From the NCBI GenBank assembly GCA_900541875.1, contig UQLF01000002.1:54350-118349 (forward strand): DNA of 64,000 nt, in the 5' to 3' direction. Below, piece by piece: positions 37,510-46,495 of this stretch (position 1 is its first letter; each line of letters opens with the position of its first letter). Source of the stretch: an uncultured Collinsella sp. Lineage in GTDB: Bacteria; Actinomycetota; Coriobacteriia; Coriobacteriales; Coriobacteriaceae. The translations under genes were made by a program, and so were the position numbers. The notes beneath the pieces were generated by a model, which ran no database searches, had not been told where the DNA came from, and saw only the letters and a program-made list of their open reading frames with translations.

Positions 37510-37847
37510 CGTGTTTCCTCCTGCTTTTTGATCTGAGCTTCCATGCGCTCGAGCTTGCCGGTCATGGTGTCGGTAAATCCGGGTCGAATATCGGCTTTGA
37601 GCACGACTTCGGTGCGGATGCCCTTGCTCGCCAACACAAAGGTTGCGTCGCGCACGACCTGCATGACCTCGTCCCAGTCGCCCTCGATCTCGGTGAACAT
37701 CGAGGTGGTGCGGTTGGGAAGGCCGCTCTCGCGAATGACGCGCACGACCTCGGCGACCTCGGCGGACAGCTCATCGCTGGTGCCGCACGGGGCGATGGCC
37801 ACGGCGACGAGCGTATTCATGCCGGCATTGGTTGCGGGCTCGGACAT
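37506..37847 (-). CDS. MTH1187/YkoF-family thiamine-binding protein
   Basis: 113-aa DUF77-like protein embedded in the thi operon. Its stop overlaps the thiE start. Confidence 0.65.
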   Translation of the reverse strand: MSEPATNAGMNTLVAVAIAPCGTSDELSAEVAEVVRVIRESGLPNRTTSMFTEIEGDWDEVMQVVRDATFVLASKGIRTEVVLKADIRPGFTDTMTGKLERMEAQIKKQEETR

Positions 37848-37850
37848 GGC

Positions 37851-38691
37851 CTATGCCTCCTCGAGGTCAAGCTGGTTGTTGGCGATGTCCTGGGCGGTTG
37901 CGCGGTAGAGCTCGTCGATAAAGGCGACCTTAAAGCTTGCCGGGGCGTCGGCGACAGCGGCGGCACGCGAGCCGGCAACGTTGTAGACGGCGGTGCCGCA
38001 GACGGCGGCCGTAAACGGGTCGGCAGCGCAGGCGTACACAGCCAGCACGCCGCCTTGCGAGCAGCCGCAACCGGTGATCTTGGACATGAGCGGGCTGCCG
38101 CCGTGGGACTTGGCCACGGTCATGCCGTCGGTGATCAGGTCGACTTCGCCCGAGACCACAACGGCGCCGCCGGTGTAGCGGGCGAGCGCCACGGCGGCAT
38201 CGCGGGCGGCGTCTACCGTGTCGGTGGTATCGACACCGCGCACGCGGCTCAGATCGGCCGCCTCGCCCTCAAGACCCCACAGGCCGGCGAGCGCGATGAT
38301 CTCGGAGGCGTTGCCGCGCACGATGGCGGGCTTGTACTGCTTAAGCTCGTTTACCAACTGGGTGCGCAGACTGCCGATGCCCAGGCCCACCGGATCGAGC
38401 ACCCAGGGCTTGCCGGCGTCGTGTGCCGCCTTGGCCGCGCGGGGAATCGTCTGCTCGTAGATGGGGAAGAGCGTGCCCATATTGAGATAGATGGCGCCGC
38501 CGCCGGCAACGAGCGCCTCGCCCTCGTCGGGAAGATAGACCATGGCGGCCGATCCACCCACAGCGAGCTGCGCGTTGGCGACAAAGTCGATCGTCACCGT
38601 GTTGGTGATGGAGCCGGCCATCGGATTGGTGGTGCGAATCTCCTCCACGGCCTTGACCATATGTTGCTTAAGCTGTTCCGAATCAATCACT
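37851..38691 (-). CDS. thiM: hydroxyethylthiazole kinase
   Basis: ThiM-like blocks NPMAGSITNTVTIDF, GNASEI and ITGCGC. GTG start at 38691 preceded by AAGGAGG. Confidence 0.85.
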
Positions 38692-38710
38692 GCACATGCC
38701 TCCTTGGCAT

Positions 38711-38742
38711 AGAAAAGGGGCGCTGTGCATAGACAGCGCCCC
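38711..38742 (-). terminator. riboswitch expression-platform terminator (GGGGCGCTGT-gcatag-ACAGCGCCCC then UUUUCU on the minus strand)
   Basis: Perfect 10-bp stem followed by a U-tract, between the TPP aptamer and the thiM RBS. Confidence 0.75.
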
Positions 38743-38755
38743 TGTAAAGGCGGCA

Positions 38756-38850
38756 TGCTCCCTACGCCAGCATTAACTGACAGGTTCAAAGGATTGGGCC
38801 CCATGCCCTCTCAGCCTTGTGGTTTGCACCGCCGGCACTCCCGCATCGAA
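38756..38850 (-). ncRNA. TPP (thiamine pyrophosphate) riboswitch aptamer controlling thiM-ykoF-thiE
   Basis: The minus-strand transcript reads ...GGGAGUGCCGG...GCUGAGAGGGCAUGGGGCCCAAUCCUUUGAACCUGUCAGUUAAUGCUGGCGUAGGGAG. This matches the THI-element blocks GGGGUGCC, CUGAGA, ACCCUUUGAACCUG and GCGUAGGGA. Confidence 0.85.
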
Positions 38851-38873
38851 TCTGTTGTTCCCTATACTAGCGC

Positions 38874-38974
38874 ACCTGCCAAAAAGGGACAGGTTTATTT
38901 TGGCAGGTAACAACTGGGACTTTGCGTTTTCCCAGATGAAACCTGCCGAAATAGACCTGTCCCTTTTGGCAGGT
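38874..38974. repeat. repeat family 2: a partial direct copy plus a full inverted copy of the ACCTGCCAAAAAGGGACAGGT...CATCTGGGAAAACGCAAAG unit (about 100 bp, MITE-like hairpin)
   Basis: ACCTGCCAAAAAGGGACAGGTTTATTTTGGCAGGT ... CTGGGACTTTGCGTTTTCCCAGATGAAACCTGCCGAAATAGACCTGTCCCTTTTGGCAGGT. It matches 19575-19630 in both orientations. Confidence 0.75.
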
Positions 38975-39014
38975 CGGTACAATAGATGGGATTAAGAATG
39001 ACCGAGGGGACCTT

Positions 39015-39923
39015 ATGATCAAACTTGTGCTGACCGATATGGACGATACACTGATTCCAGCCGGGCATGACGGTGCCAGCGACTACGCCATTGAGGGTAT
39101 TCATGCCATGCAGGCGGCGGGTTTGCACTTTGGGCCGGTTTCGGGTCGTCAGCCGTCCGCGATGGGCTGGATGTTCCGCAATCGCTCCGAGTGCTTCTCG
39201 ACCGGTGCGTTTTGCAACGGCCAGGTGATGTTTGTCGATGGCGAAGTAGTCGCTTCGCGCGCAATCGATAACGATGTCCTTATGCGCTTAGCCGATTATT
39301 TTGAACAGGAGACCGACGATACGTATTTGAAGGTCTACCGTCTGGGTGATGACTTTTGGAATAACGATGCCTATTGCGTGACAAGCGATCCCGAGCGTGT
39401 GCGTCGCGCCATGAAGTCAGGCGGCAACGCGTGGCTCAAGGGCGAAGAGGCTCCCTGTCGTCCTGTCGTTGACGATGCCCCGGTATACAAGGCGAATATC
39501 TGGAGCGCCCGTTCGCGCGAGGAGCTCGCCGAGCTGCGCGAGCGTGTTGCCGCTGAGGTGCCGGAGCTCTCGCTCGTGTTTCCCAACAACCGCGTGCGCC
39601 TGTTCGACGTTCTTCCGACCGGCTGGGACAAGGGCTGCGCTGCGCTGGAGCTGGCGCGTGCTTTGGGCCTGATGCCCGACGAGGTGGCCGTATTCGGCGA
39701 TTCCGATAACGATTTGCCCATGATCGATGCCGTTCCCAACTCCGTTGCAGTCGCCAATGCCAACGAGGCCGTCACGGCTGCCGCACGCTGGCATATCGGC
39801 GCTGCGGCAGATGATGCGGTTGCCGGGGCTCTGCATCAGATTGCCGCCTGCGCCGCGACGGGAGAGATGCCGTCGTTTATGAGCCAAATGGACACGGCGG
39901 GTTTTGACGTCACAAACGTCTAG
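39015..39923 (+). CDS. Cof-type HAD-IIB family hydrolase (sugar-phosphate phosphatase-like)
   Basis: Motifs LVLTDMDDTLIP and VFGDSDNDLPM. Confidence 0.8.
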   Translation: MIKLVLTDMDDTLIPAGHDGASDYAIEGIHAMQAAGLHFGPVSGRQPSAMGWMFRNRSECFSTGAFCNGQVMFVDGEVVASRAIDNDVLMRLADYFEQETDDTYLKVYRLGDDFWNNDAYCVTSDPERVRRAMKSGGNAWLKGEEAPCRPVVDDAPVYKANIWSARSREELAELRERVAAEVPELSLVFPNNRVRLFDVLPTGWDKGCAALELARALGLMPDEVAVFGDSDNDLPMIDAVPNSVAVANANEAVTAAARWHIGAAADDAVAGALHQIAACAATGEMPSFMSQMDTAGFDVTNV

Positions 39924-39933
39924 GGAGAAGGCT

Positions 39934-40830
39934 ATGAAGCTCCAGCAACTCAGATATGTCGTTAAGGTTGCCGAATGCGGCAGCATCACCGAGGCCTCGC
40001 GCCGGCTCTTTGTGTCGCAGCCTTCGATTACCGCGTCGATCCGCGATCTCGAAAACGAGATGGGTGTGCATATCTTTGAGCGCACCAACAAGGGTGTCAT
40101 TGTGTCCGAGGAAGGCGAGACCTTCTTGGGCTACGCGCGCCAGGTACTCGACCAGGCCGACCTGCTCGAGGGCAAGTACAAAGGCACGTCCGAGCAGGTG
40201 CCGCACTTTAGTGTGAGCTGCCAGCATTATTCCTTTGCCGTTAATGCGTTTGTCGATGTAATCCGCGAGTTCGATGCCGCGTGCTACGACTTTACCCTAC
40301 GCGAGGAACAGACCCACGAGATTATCGAGGATGTCGCGCACATGAAAAGCGAGCTGGGCATCCTGTATCTGTCCGAGCACAACCGCGAGGTCATCGAGCG
40401 CATGCTTGCCGCCAACGAGCTCGTGTTCGAAGGGCTCTTCTGCGCCACGCCGCATGTCTTCGTCTGCGCCGACCATCCGCTGGCGGGCCGCTCCAGCGTG
40501 ACGCTCGAGGATCTGGAAGACTACCCGTTCCTGTCCTACGAGCAGGGCAGCTACAACTCGTTTTACTATTCCGAGGAGCTGACCTCGACGTTCGAGCGTC
40601 GCAAAAATATCCGCGTGCGCGACCGTGCGACGTTGTTCAATTTGGCCATGGGCCTCAACGGCTACACGGTATGCTCGGGCGTGATCAGCCACGAGCTCAA
40701 CGGCCCCGGCATTATCTCGATTCCGCTCGACGTGGACGAGTACATGGAGATTGGCATCATCACGCGCAAGAACACGACGCTCACGCGCTACGGTCGGGCC
40801 TATATCGACGCGATTCGTCAGCATATCTAG
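39934..40830 (+). CDS. LysR family transcriptional regulator
   Basis: HTH GSITEASRRLFVSQPSITASIRDLE. RBS GGGAGAAGG before the ATG at 39934. Confidence 0.85.
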   Translation: MKLQQLRYVVKVAECGSITEASRRLFVSQPSITASIRDLENEMGVHIFERTNKGVIVSEEGETFLGYARQVLDQADLLEGKYKGTSEQVPHFSVSCQHYSFAVNAFVDVIREFDAACYDFTLREEQTHEIIEDVAHMKSELGILYLSEHNREVIERMLAANELVFEGLFCATPHVFVCADHPLAGRSSVTLEDLEDYPFLSYEQGSYNSFYYSEELTSTFERRKNIRVRDRATLFNLAMGLNGYTVCSGVISHELNGPGIISIPLDVDEYMEIGIITRKNTTLTRYGRAYIDAIRQHI

Positions 40831-40985
40831 GCTGCTGTGCTCCGCACGGTTCAAGTCTCTTTATGACAGTCCAGACTGATATAGGAAGCATCTATATCAA
40901 ACTGTTATAAACGTATATTTTACGATGACCATATGAGCGCTCATACTCTGTCCCAGTAAAGCAACCGATGCAAAGGGAGATATCT

Positions 40986-42119
40986 ATGAGCACTTCGATT
41001 CAACCGAACGCGCCGTTTCGTGCCGATATCGTCGGCAGTTTTCTTCGTCCGCAGGCTGTAAAGGATGCCCGTGCCGCCTATGTCGCGGGTAAACTCGACG
41101 CTTCCGGCCTTAAGGCCGTCGAGGACGATGCCATTCGCGATTTGGTGGCCAAGCAGAAGGCCGCCGGCCTGCAGGTGATCACCGATGGCGAGTTCCGCCG
41201 CAGCTACTGGCACCTCGATTTTATGTGGGGACTCAACGGCATTGAGCGCCGCGCCTCGCGTACGGGCTACATGTTTCACGATGAGGAGACTACCGCCGAC
41301 ACCGCCGTGGTAACCGGCCCCATTAGCGGCGAGAACCATCCGTTCGTCGAGCACTTCAAATTTGTCAAGTCACTCGAGGGGGAGGGCCAGGTCGCACGGC
41401 AAACCATTCCGGCGCCGATCCAGACGTTCTCTGAAGTCACGCTCGACCGCTGTGATGGCCAGCAGGAGAGCCTGCGCGCCGTCTATAAGACCGACGAAGA
41501 GCTCGCCGATGCCATTGCCGCAGCATACCGCACCGTGATTGCCGACCTGTATGCCGCGGGCTGCCGCAACATCCAATTTGATGACTGCACCTGGGGCATC
41601 TATTGCGATACCGACTTTGTGTCCAAGACCGGCATGAGTCCGGTTGACCTGCAAAAGGTGTCCGAGCTAGGTGTGGCGCTCAACAATGACGCAATCGCGG
41701 ACAAGCCCGACGATCTGGTTATCAACACGCACGTGTGCCGCGGCAACTATCACTCCACCTATGCTTTTGAGGGCGGCTACGACCCCATCGCGCCGTACCT
41801 GTTCGCACATGAGAACGTCGATGCGTTCTATCTGGAGTTCGACACGCCCCGCGCCGGTGGTTTTGAGCCGCTCAAGTACGTTGCCCCCGGCAAGAAGGTG
41901 GTGCTGGGACTGATCACTACAAAGGCGGCTGAGCTTGAGGACGAGGACGTTATCGTCGAACGTATCCACGAGGCCGCAAAGTATGTGCCGCTCGAGAACC
42001 TGTACCTGTCGCCCCAGTGCGGCTTTGCCAGCTGCGAGATTGGCAACAAACTGACCGAGGACGAACAGTGGGCAAAGATCGCGCTGGTCAAGCGCATTGC
42101 CGAGCGCGTTTGGAAGTAA
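40986..42119 (+). CDS. cobalamin-independent methionine synthase family protein (YxjG/YxjH-type short MetE)
   Basis: N-terminus NAPFRADIVGSFLRPQAVKDAR...ITDGEFRRSYWHLDFMWGL. Confidence 0.8.
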   Translation: MSTSIQPNAPFRADIVGSFLRPQAVKDARAAYVAGKLDASGLKAVEDDAIRDLVAKQKAAGLQVITDGEFRRSYWHLDFMWGLNGIERRASRTGYMFHDEETTADTAVVTGPISGENHPFVEHFKFVKSLEGEGQVARQTIPAPIQTFSEVTLDRCDGQQESLRAVYKTDEELADAIAAAYRTVIADLYAAGCRNIQFDDCTWGIYCDTDFVSKTGMSPVDLQKVSELGVALNNDAIADKPDDLVINTHVCRGNYHSTYAFEGGYDPIAPYLFAHENVDAFYLEFDTPRAGGFEPLKYVAPGKKVVLGLITTKAAELEDEDVIVERIHEAAKYVPLENLYLSPQCGFASCEIGNKLTEDEQWAKIALVKRIAERVWK

Positions 42120-42242
42120 CGCTACCGTTCGCAGGTGACGGCGCGTGCGAGACATGGCGTATCACGTACAATGGTTCGGATCGTATCGTTCGGGCAGGTT
42201 ATCCGATATGCCTGATCGCCCTTCCATCATGAAAGGACTTCC

Positions 42243-43577
42243 ATGTCCCAATCCTCGACGCCCGCCGTCACCAATGCCATCTACGATGCGTCATCGCTCG
42301 GCCGCCCGCGCATGTTTGTGTTGGGTTTGCAACACATGTTTGCGATGTTCGGAGCCACGGTGCTCGTGCCCGTGCTCACCGGCCTTTCCGTTTCGGCGAC
42401 GCTTCTGTTCGCCGGCATCGGCACGCTGCTGTTTCATTTTCTATCGCGCGGTAAGGTGCCGGCATTTTTGGGCTCATCGTTTGCCTTTATTGCCGGTTAT
42501 GCCGCAATCGCGCCCAACGGCGAGACCGAGCTTTTGCCCTACGCCTGCCTGGGCGTAGCTTGTGCCGGCCTGCTCTATCCGGTGCTCGCGGCCCTGTTCC
42601 GCGCCTTTGGCGCCAAGCGCGTTATGCGTTTCTTCCCGCCGGTGGTGACCGGCCCCATCGTCATTTCCATCGGCCTGATCCTAGCGAGCTCTGCCATCGC
42701 CAACTGCCAGACCAACTGGCTTGTCGCCGCTGTCGCTGTGGCCGTCATCATCATCTGCAATATTTGGGGCCGCGGCATGGTCAAGATCGTGCCGATTTTG
42801 CTGGGCGTTGTGGTGAGCTATGCCGTTGCGGCTGCGTTGAGTGAGGTCGATTTTTCGGGCGTTGCCGCCGCTCCGTGGGTCGGTCTGCCCATCGTGTGGG
42901 ACAACACCGTGTTTGCGCTCTTTGGCCCGCAGTTCGATAGCGGTCTTGCCACGACGGCCATCATCACCATCATGCCGCTGGCCTTTGCGACCATGATTGA
43001 GCACATTGGCGATATCTCCGCCATTGGCTCTACCTGCGAACGCAATTACATTGCCGATCCCGGTCTGCACCGTACCCTGCTCGGCGATGGCCTGGCGACC
43101 ATCTTGGCGTCGCTCTTTGGCGCTCCGGCCAACACCACGTATGGCGAGAACACCGGCGTGCTTGCGCTTACGCGTGTGTTCGACCCGCGCGTGATTCGCA
43201 TTGCCGCCTGCTGTGCCATCGCGCTTTCGTTCTGCCCCAAGTTTGCTGCTGTGATCGCTGCTATGCCGGCGTGCGTTATCGGCGGTGTGTCACTCGTGCT
43301 CTACGGCATGATCAGCGCCGTTGGCGTGCGTAACCTCATCGAGAATCAGGTTGATTTCCAGAACAACCGCAACGTGCTGGTGGCGGCTCTGGTGCTCGTG
43401 CTTTCGCTCGGCATTGCCTACAGTACCGCCGGTGCCATCGTGCTGGAGCTGGGCGGCGTGACGATTTCGCTTTCGGGCCTTGCCGTGGGCTCGCTGGTGG
43501 GCATTGTGCTCAACGCCATCCTGCCCGGTAATGACTTTGAGTTCGATACTACCGAGCTTGAGGAGACTGCTGAATAG
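42243..43577 (+). CDS. NCS2 family nucleobase:cation symporter (uracil/xanthine permease-like)
   Basis: 444-aa polytopic protein, GLQHMFAMFGATVLVPVLTG. Confidence 0.85.
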   Translation: MSQSSTPAVTNAIYDASSLGRPRMFVLGLQHMFAMFGATVLVPVLTGLSVSATLLFAGIGTLLFHFLSRGKVPAFLGSSFAFIAGYAAIAPNGETELLPYACLGVACAGLLYPVLAALFRAFGAKRVMRFFPPVVTGPIVISIGLILASSAIANCQTNWLVAAVAVAVIIICNIWGRGMVKIVPILLGVVVSYAVAAALSEVDFSGVAAAPWVGLPIVWDNTVFALFGPQFDSGLATTAIITIMPLAFATMIEHIGDISAIGSTCERNYIADPGLHRTLLGDGLATILASLFGAPANTTYGENTGVLALTRVFDPRVIRIAACCAIALSFCPKFAAVIAAMPACVIGGVSLVLYGMISAVGVRNLIENQVDFQNNRNVLVAALVLVLSLGIAYSTAGAIVLELGGVTISLSGLAVGSLVGIVLNAILPGNDFEFDTTELEETAE

Positions 43578-43588
43578 CAGCTGCGTTC

Positions 43589-43640
43589 AGCCAAATTAAA
43601 AATGGCGTCCATGCGTATGTACGCGTGGACGCCATTTTTA
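43589..43640. terminator. bidirectional intrinsic terminator
   Basis: AAAAATGGCGTCCA-N14-TGGACGCCATTTTTAAT. Confidence 0.8.
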
Positions 43641-44351
43641 ATGCGTCAGTATCCAGTGGATGCCGCGCGCCATGCGCAGGTCAGTTTGGGCAAAGTGATT
43701 GCCGGGGTTGAGCTCCAGCGTTGTTGGAATGTCACGCTCTATAAACAGCTCTTCCATCGCGCGCGTGTCGTCGAGTACGTGCCGCATCATGCGGTTGGGC
43801 GTCTTGGTTTCCTTTTTACCGAGCGACAGATAAGCGGCGTCGGGCGTGGCTGTCATCGTGCGCTCGCGCGCGTAGTCGATAAAGCCGGGGAACCACAGCG
43901 ACCCCGATGCACTCGCCGCGCGCTCAAAGACATCTGTTTGCCAAAGTGCCCACAGTGCAAAAAGACCCGCCAACGAATAGCCGACAACGCCGCGCCAGGT
44001 GGGCGGTTGCGGGAGCGATGATTCGGCCTCTGGGATTATCTGCTTCAACAACTCGTCAAGAAAACCAGCAGCCTGTCCGTCAAAGGGCTCGGCATCTCGT
44101 ATAGTTCCGTCGCATTCCCAGGGGCTCAACTCGCGATTCCAATCGAGTCCTCCGATGGCGACAAGGGTGAACGGCGGGCAGTCGAGCTCCCGGCAGCGCT
44201 CGTAGACTTCACTACCGTCGCCCATAACCACGGGGAGGTAGATGACGGGCGTACCTTCCGCACGCTCTGAATAAACGGTTATCTGCTTCTGATGCGCTTC
44301 CAAGGCAGGCTTCTCTCGGTGTTGTGATATTGACAGCCTCAATTGTCGCAC
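43638..44351 (-). CDS. alpha/beta hydrolase (putative esterase, PF00756-like)
   Basis: GYSLAG (GxSxG) nucleophile elbow in the context VVGYSLAGLFALWALW. Confidence 0.65.
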   Translation of the reverse strand: MRQLRLSISQHREKPALEAHQKQITVYSERAEGTPVIYLPVVMGDGSEVYERCRELDCPPFTLVAIGGLDWNRELSPWECDGTIRDAEPFDGQAAGFLDELLKQIIPEAESSLPQPPTWRGVVGYSLAGLFALWALWQTDVFERAASASGSLWFPGFIDYARERTMTATPDAAYLSLGKKETKTPNRMMRHVLDDTRAMEELFIERDIPTTLELNPGNHFAQTDLRMARGIHWILTH

Positions 44352-44377
44352 GCTGACACGGGGGCAGACGCTAAAAG

Positions 44378-44425
44378 AAAGGCGCGGAGCCGCTCGATGC
44401 GATTCCGCGCCTTGTTGTTTTGCTT
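44378..44425 (-). terminator. intrinsic terminator downstream of the purine permease gene
   Basis: On the minus strand: AAGGCGCGGAATCGCATCGAGCGGCTCCGCGCCTTTCTTTT. Confidence 0.7.
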
Positions 44426-44440
44426 TAGCAGACTATGCCG

Positions 44441-45751
44441 TTACGCCACGAAGAAGTAGACGAGGAAGGCAAGGGCTGCGATCCACATGAGCGGCTTGAT
44501 CTTGGAGGCCTCGCCCTTAAAGAGCGCGACGATCACGTAGGCGATAAAGCCCAGGCCAATGCCGGCAGAGATGGAGTAGGTGAAGGGCACGCCGGCGACA
44601 ATCATGAACGCCGGGAAACCCTGCGACACGTCGGACCAGTCGATCTCGGAGGCCTCGCTCATCATGAGGTAGCCGACGTAGACCAGAGCACCGCAGGTGG
44701 CGGCGCTGGAAACGATGGCGACGATGGGGGAGAAGAACGCGGCGAGAATGAACAACACGCCGGTGGTGACGGAGGTGAGGCCCGTGCGGCCACCGTCGGC
44801 AGCGCCAGAGGTGGACTCGACGAAGGTGGTGATGGAGGAGACGCCCATAAAACCGCCCACAGCAGCGGCGGCGGAGTCGACGATCAGGATCTCCTTGATA
44901 TTCTCGACGTTGCCGTCGTCGGTGAGGAACTCGCCCTGCTTGGCCACGGCCATCGCGGTGCCCATGGTGTCGAAGAAGTCACTCATGAGCAGCGAGAACG
45001 AGATGACGAGGAGCGTGGGGTCGGTAAGGACCTTGACGATGGCGGGCACGCCGCCGGCGTCGGCGATGGGGCCACCGATGCTCGAGAAGTCGAGCGGGGC
45101 GATGATACCGGTCGGAGCATGGGTCACACCTAGGGGGATACCGGCGATGACGGCGACGACGATGCCGATGAGCAGCGAGCCGGGGACGTTGCGGCAGGCA
45201 AGGGCGACTGTCACCAGGATGGAGATGATGCCGACGATGAAGGTGGGGGAGGTGATGTCGCCCAGACCGACGAGTGTACCGGCGCCAGCGGTGATAATGC
45301 CGGCATCGCACAGGCCAATCATGGCGATGAACAGGCCCAGACCCACCGAGATGGCGTGACGCAGGACAACCGGGATGGCGTCCATGATGGCCTCGCGCAG
45401 GCCACAAAGCACGAGCAGCAAGATGACGATACCCTCGAGGAAGATGACGCTCATGGCCACGTGCCAGTCACCGCCGCAGACGGTGGTGGTGATTCCAGCG
45501 ATCATCGCGTTGACGCCTAAGCCCGACGCGCAGGCGAGCGGGCGGTTAGCGAAGATGCCCATGCAGATGGTCATGATGCCGGCGCCCAGGCAGGTGGCGC
45601 AGGCGAGCGCTCCCGCATCGATGCCAGCGCCCGAGAGCACCGCGGGGTTGACGGCGATGATGTAGGCCATCGCCAGGAATGTTGTCAGTCCAGCGCGGAG
45701 TTCGGTCCCGATTGTGGACTTGCGCTCACTGACGTGAAATAGTTCGTCCAT
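44441..45751 (-). CDS. NCS2 family permease, AzgA/PbuG-type (adenine/guanine/hypoxanthine permease)
   Basis: N-terminus MDELFHVSERKSTIGTELRAGLTTFLAMAYIIAVNP. Confidence 0.85.
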   Translation of the reverse strand: MDELFHVSERKSTIGTELRAGLTTFLAMAYIIAVNPAVLSGAGIDAGALACATCLGAGIMTICMGIFANRPLACASGLGVNAMIAGITTTVCGGDWHVAMSVIFLEGIVILLLVLCGLREAIMDAIPVVLRHAISVGLGLFIAMIGLCDAGIITAGAGTLVGLGDITSPTFIVGIISILVTVALACRNVPGSLLIGIVVAVIAGIPLGVTHAPTGIIAPLDFSSIGGPIADAGGVPAIVKVLTDPTLLVISFSLLMSDFFDTMGTAMAVAKQGEFLTDDGNVENIKEILIVDSAAAAVGGFMGVSSITTFVESTSGAADGGRTGLTSVTTGVLFILAAFFSPIVAIVSSAATCGALVYVGYLMMSEASEIDWSDVSQGFPAFMIVAGVPFTYSISAGIGLGFIAYVIVALFKGEASKIKPLMWIAALAFLVYFFVA

Positions 45752-45944
45752 GCATACCCTTTCCTTGTTCGGCCCCGAGTTTAGGCCGATTGACACGAAC
45801 TCACCCACTATATCGCCTTTGTGAAGTTGGTGTTCCTCGCATGTTGATGTTCGGCGGTTTGTAACGGACGGGCGGTATCTTTCGCATGAAATTGTGTAGG
45901 TACCGTATACTTAAGCGGTTACAACGACCCCTATGGAGGAACGT

Positions 45945-46364
45945 ATGATTAAAGAGCTTTGCCACGACGAGGCTATCCTGTCCCAGCGTTGCGAGGTTGC
46001 GACTGTCGAGGACGAGTCGGTTGCTCAGGACCTGATCGATACCATCAAGTCGCTCGACGATGCCGGCTGCTTGGCCGCCAACCAGATCGGCGTCACCAAG
46101 AAGGTCTGCGTCTATCTGGACGACGCCGGTGAGCCCCACGTGCTTTACAACCCCCGTCTGGTGTTTGGCCTGGGCGCCAGCAAGATGGAGGAGAGCTGCC
46201 TGACGCACGAGGAGGTCACCAAGTCCACGCGCTACATCAAGTGCAAGGTTGCCTTTGACCAGATCGTCGACGGCAAGATGAAGGAGTGCCGCCGCGACTA
46301 CGCGGGCTTTGAGGCGCAGATGATCCAGCATATGATCGATCACTGCCAAGGCAAACTTGTCTAG
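45945..46364 (+). CDS. short peptide deformylase-like protein with Glu-to-Met substitution in motif III
   Basis: Motif I GCLAANQIG and motif II EESCLT are present. Motif III reads QHMIDHCQG where canonical PDF has QHEIDH. RBS GGAGGA before the ATG at 45945. Confidence 0.6.
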   Translation: MIKELCHDEAILSQRCEVATVEDESVAQDLIDTIKSLDDAGCLAANQIGVTKKVCVYLDDAGEPHVLYNPRLVFGLGASKMEESCLTHEEVTKSTRYIKCKVAFDQIVDGKMKECRRDYAGFEAQMIQHMIDHCQGKLV

Positions 46365-46399
46365 GGTGACTACAGCACCGCACTTCGTCTCTTTTGGTC

Positions 46400-46440
46400 C
46401 GGACGTGACATTGTTGTCATGTCCGGGCTTTTGTGTTTAG
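46400..46440 (+). terminator. terminator-like hairpin after the PDF-like gene
   Basis: GTCCGGACGTGACA-ttgtt-GTCATGTCCGGGC followed by TTTTGTGTTT. Confidence 0.55.
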
Positions 46441-46495
46441 CGCCTTTTTGTTTGGAGACAATAACCTTAGCAGGAACGTAAAGCTAGGAGGCGCT

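Noticed and set aside
40831-40985. Possible S-box (SAM) riboswitch upstream of the YxjG-type methionine synthase
   Set aside because: The leader is only ~150 nt and AT-rich. It lacks the conserved S-box helices and sequence blocks. The adjacent LysR regulator more likely controls it.
45752-45932. Purine (guanine/adenine) riboswitch upstream of the AzgA-like permease
   Set aside because: The consensus blocks are absent. I have reported it instead as an unexplained structured leader.
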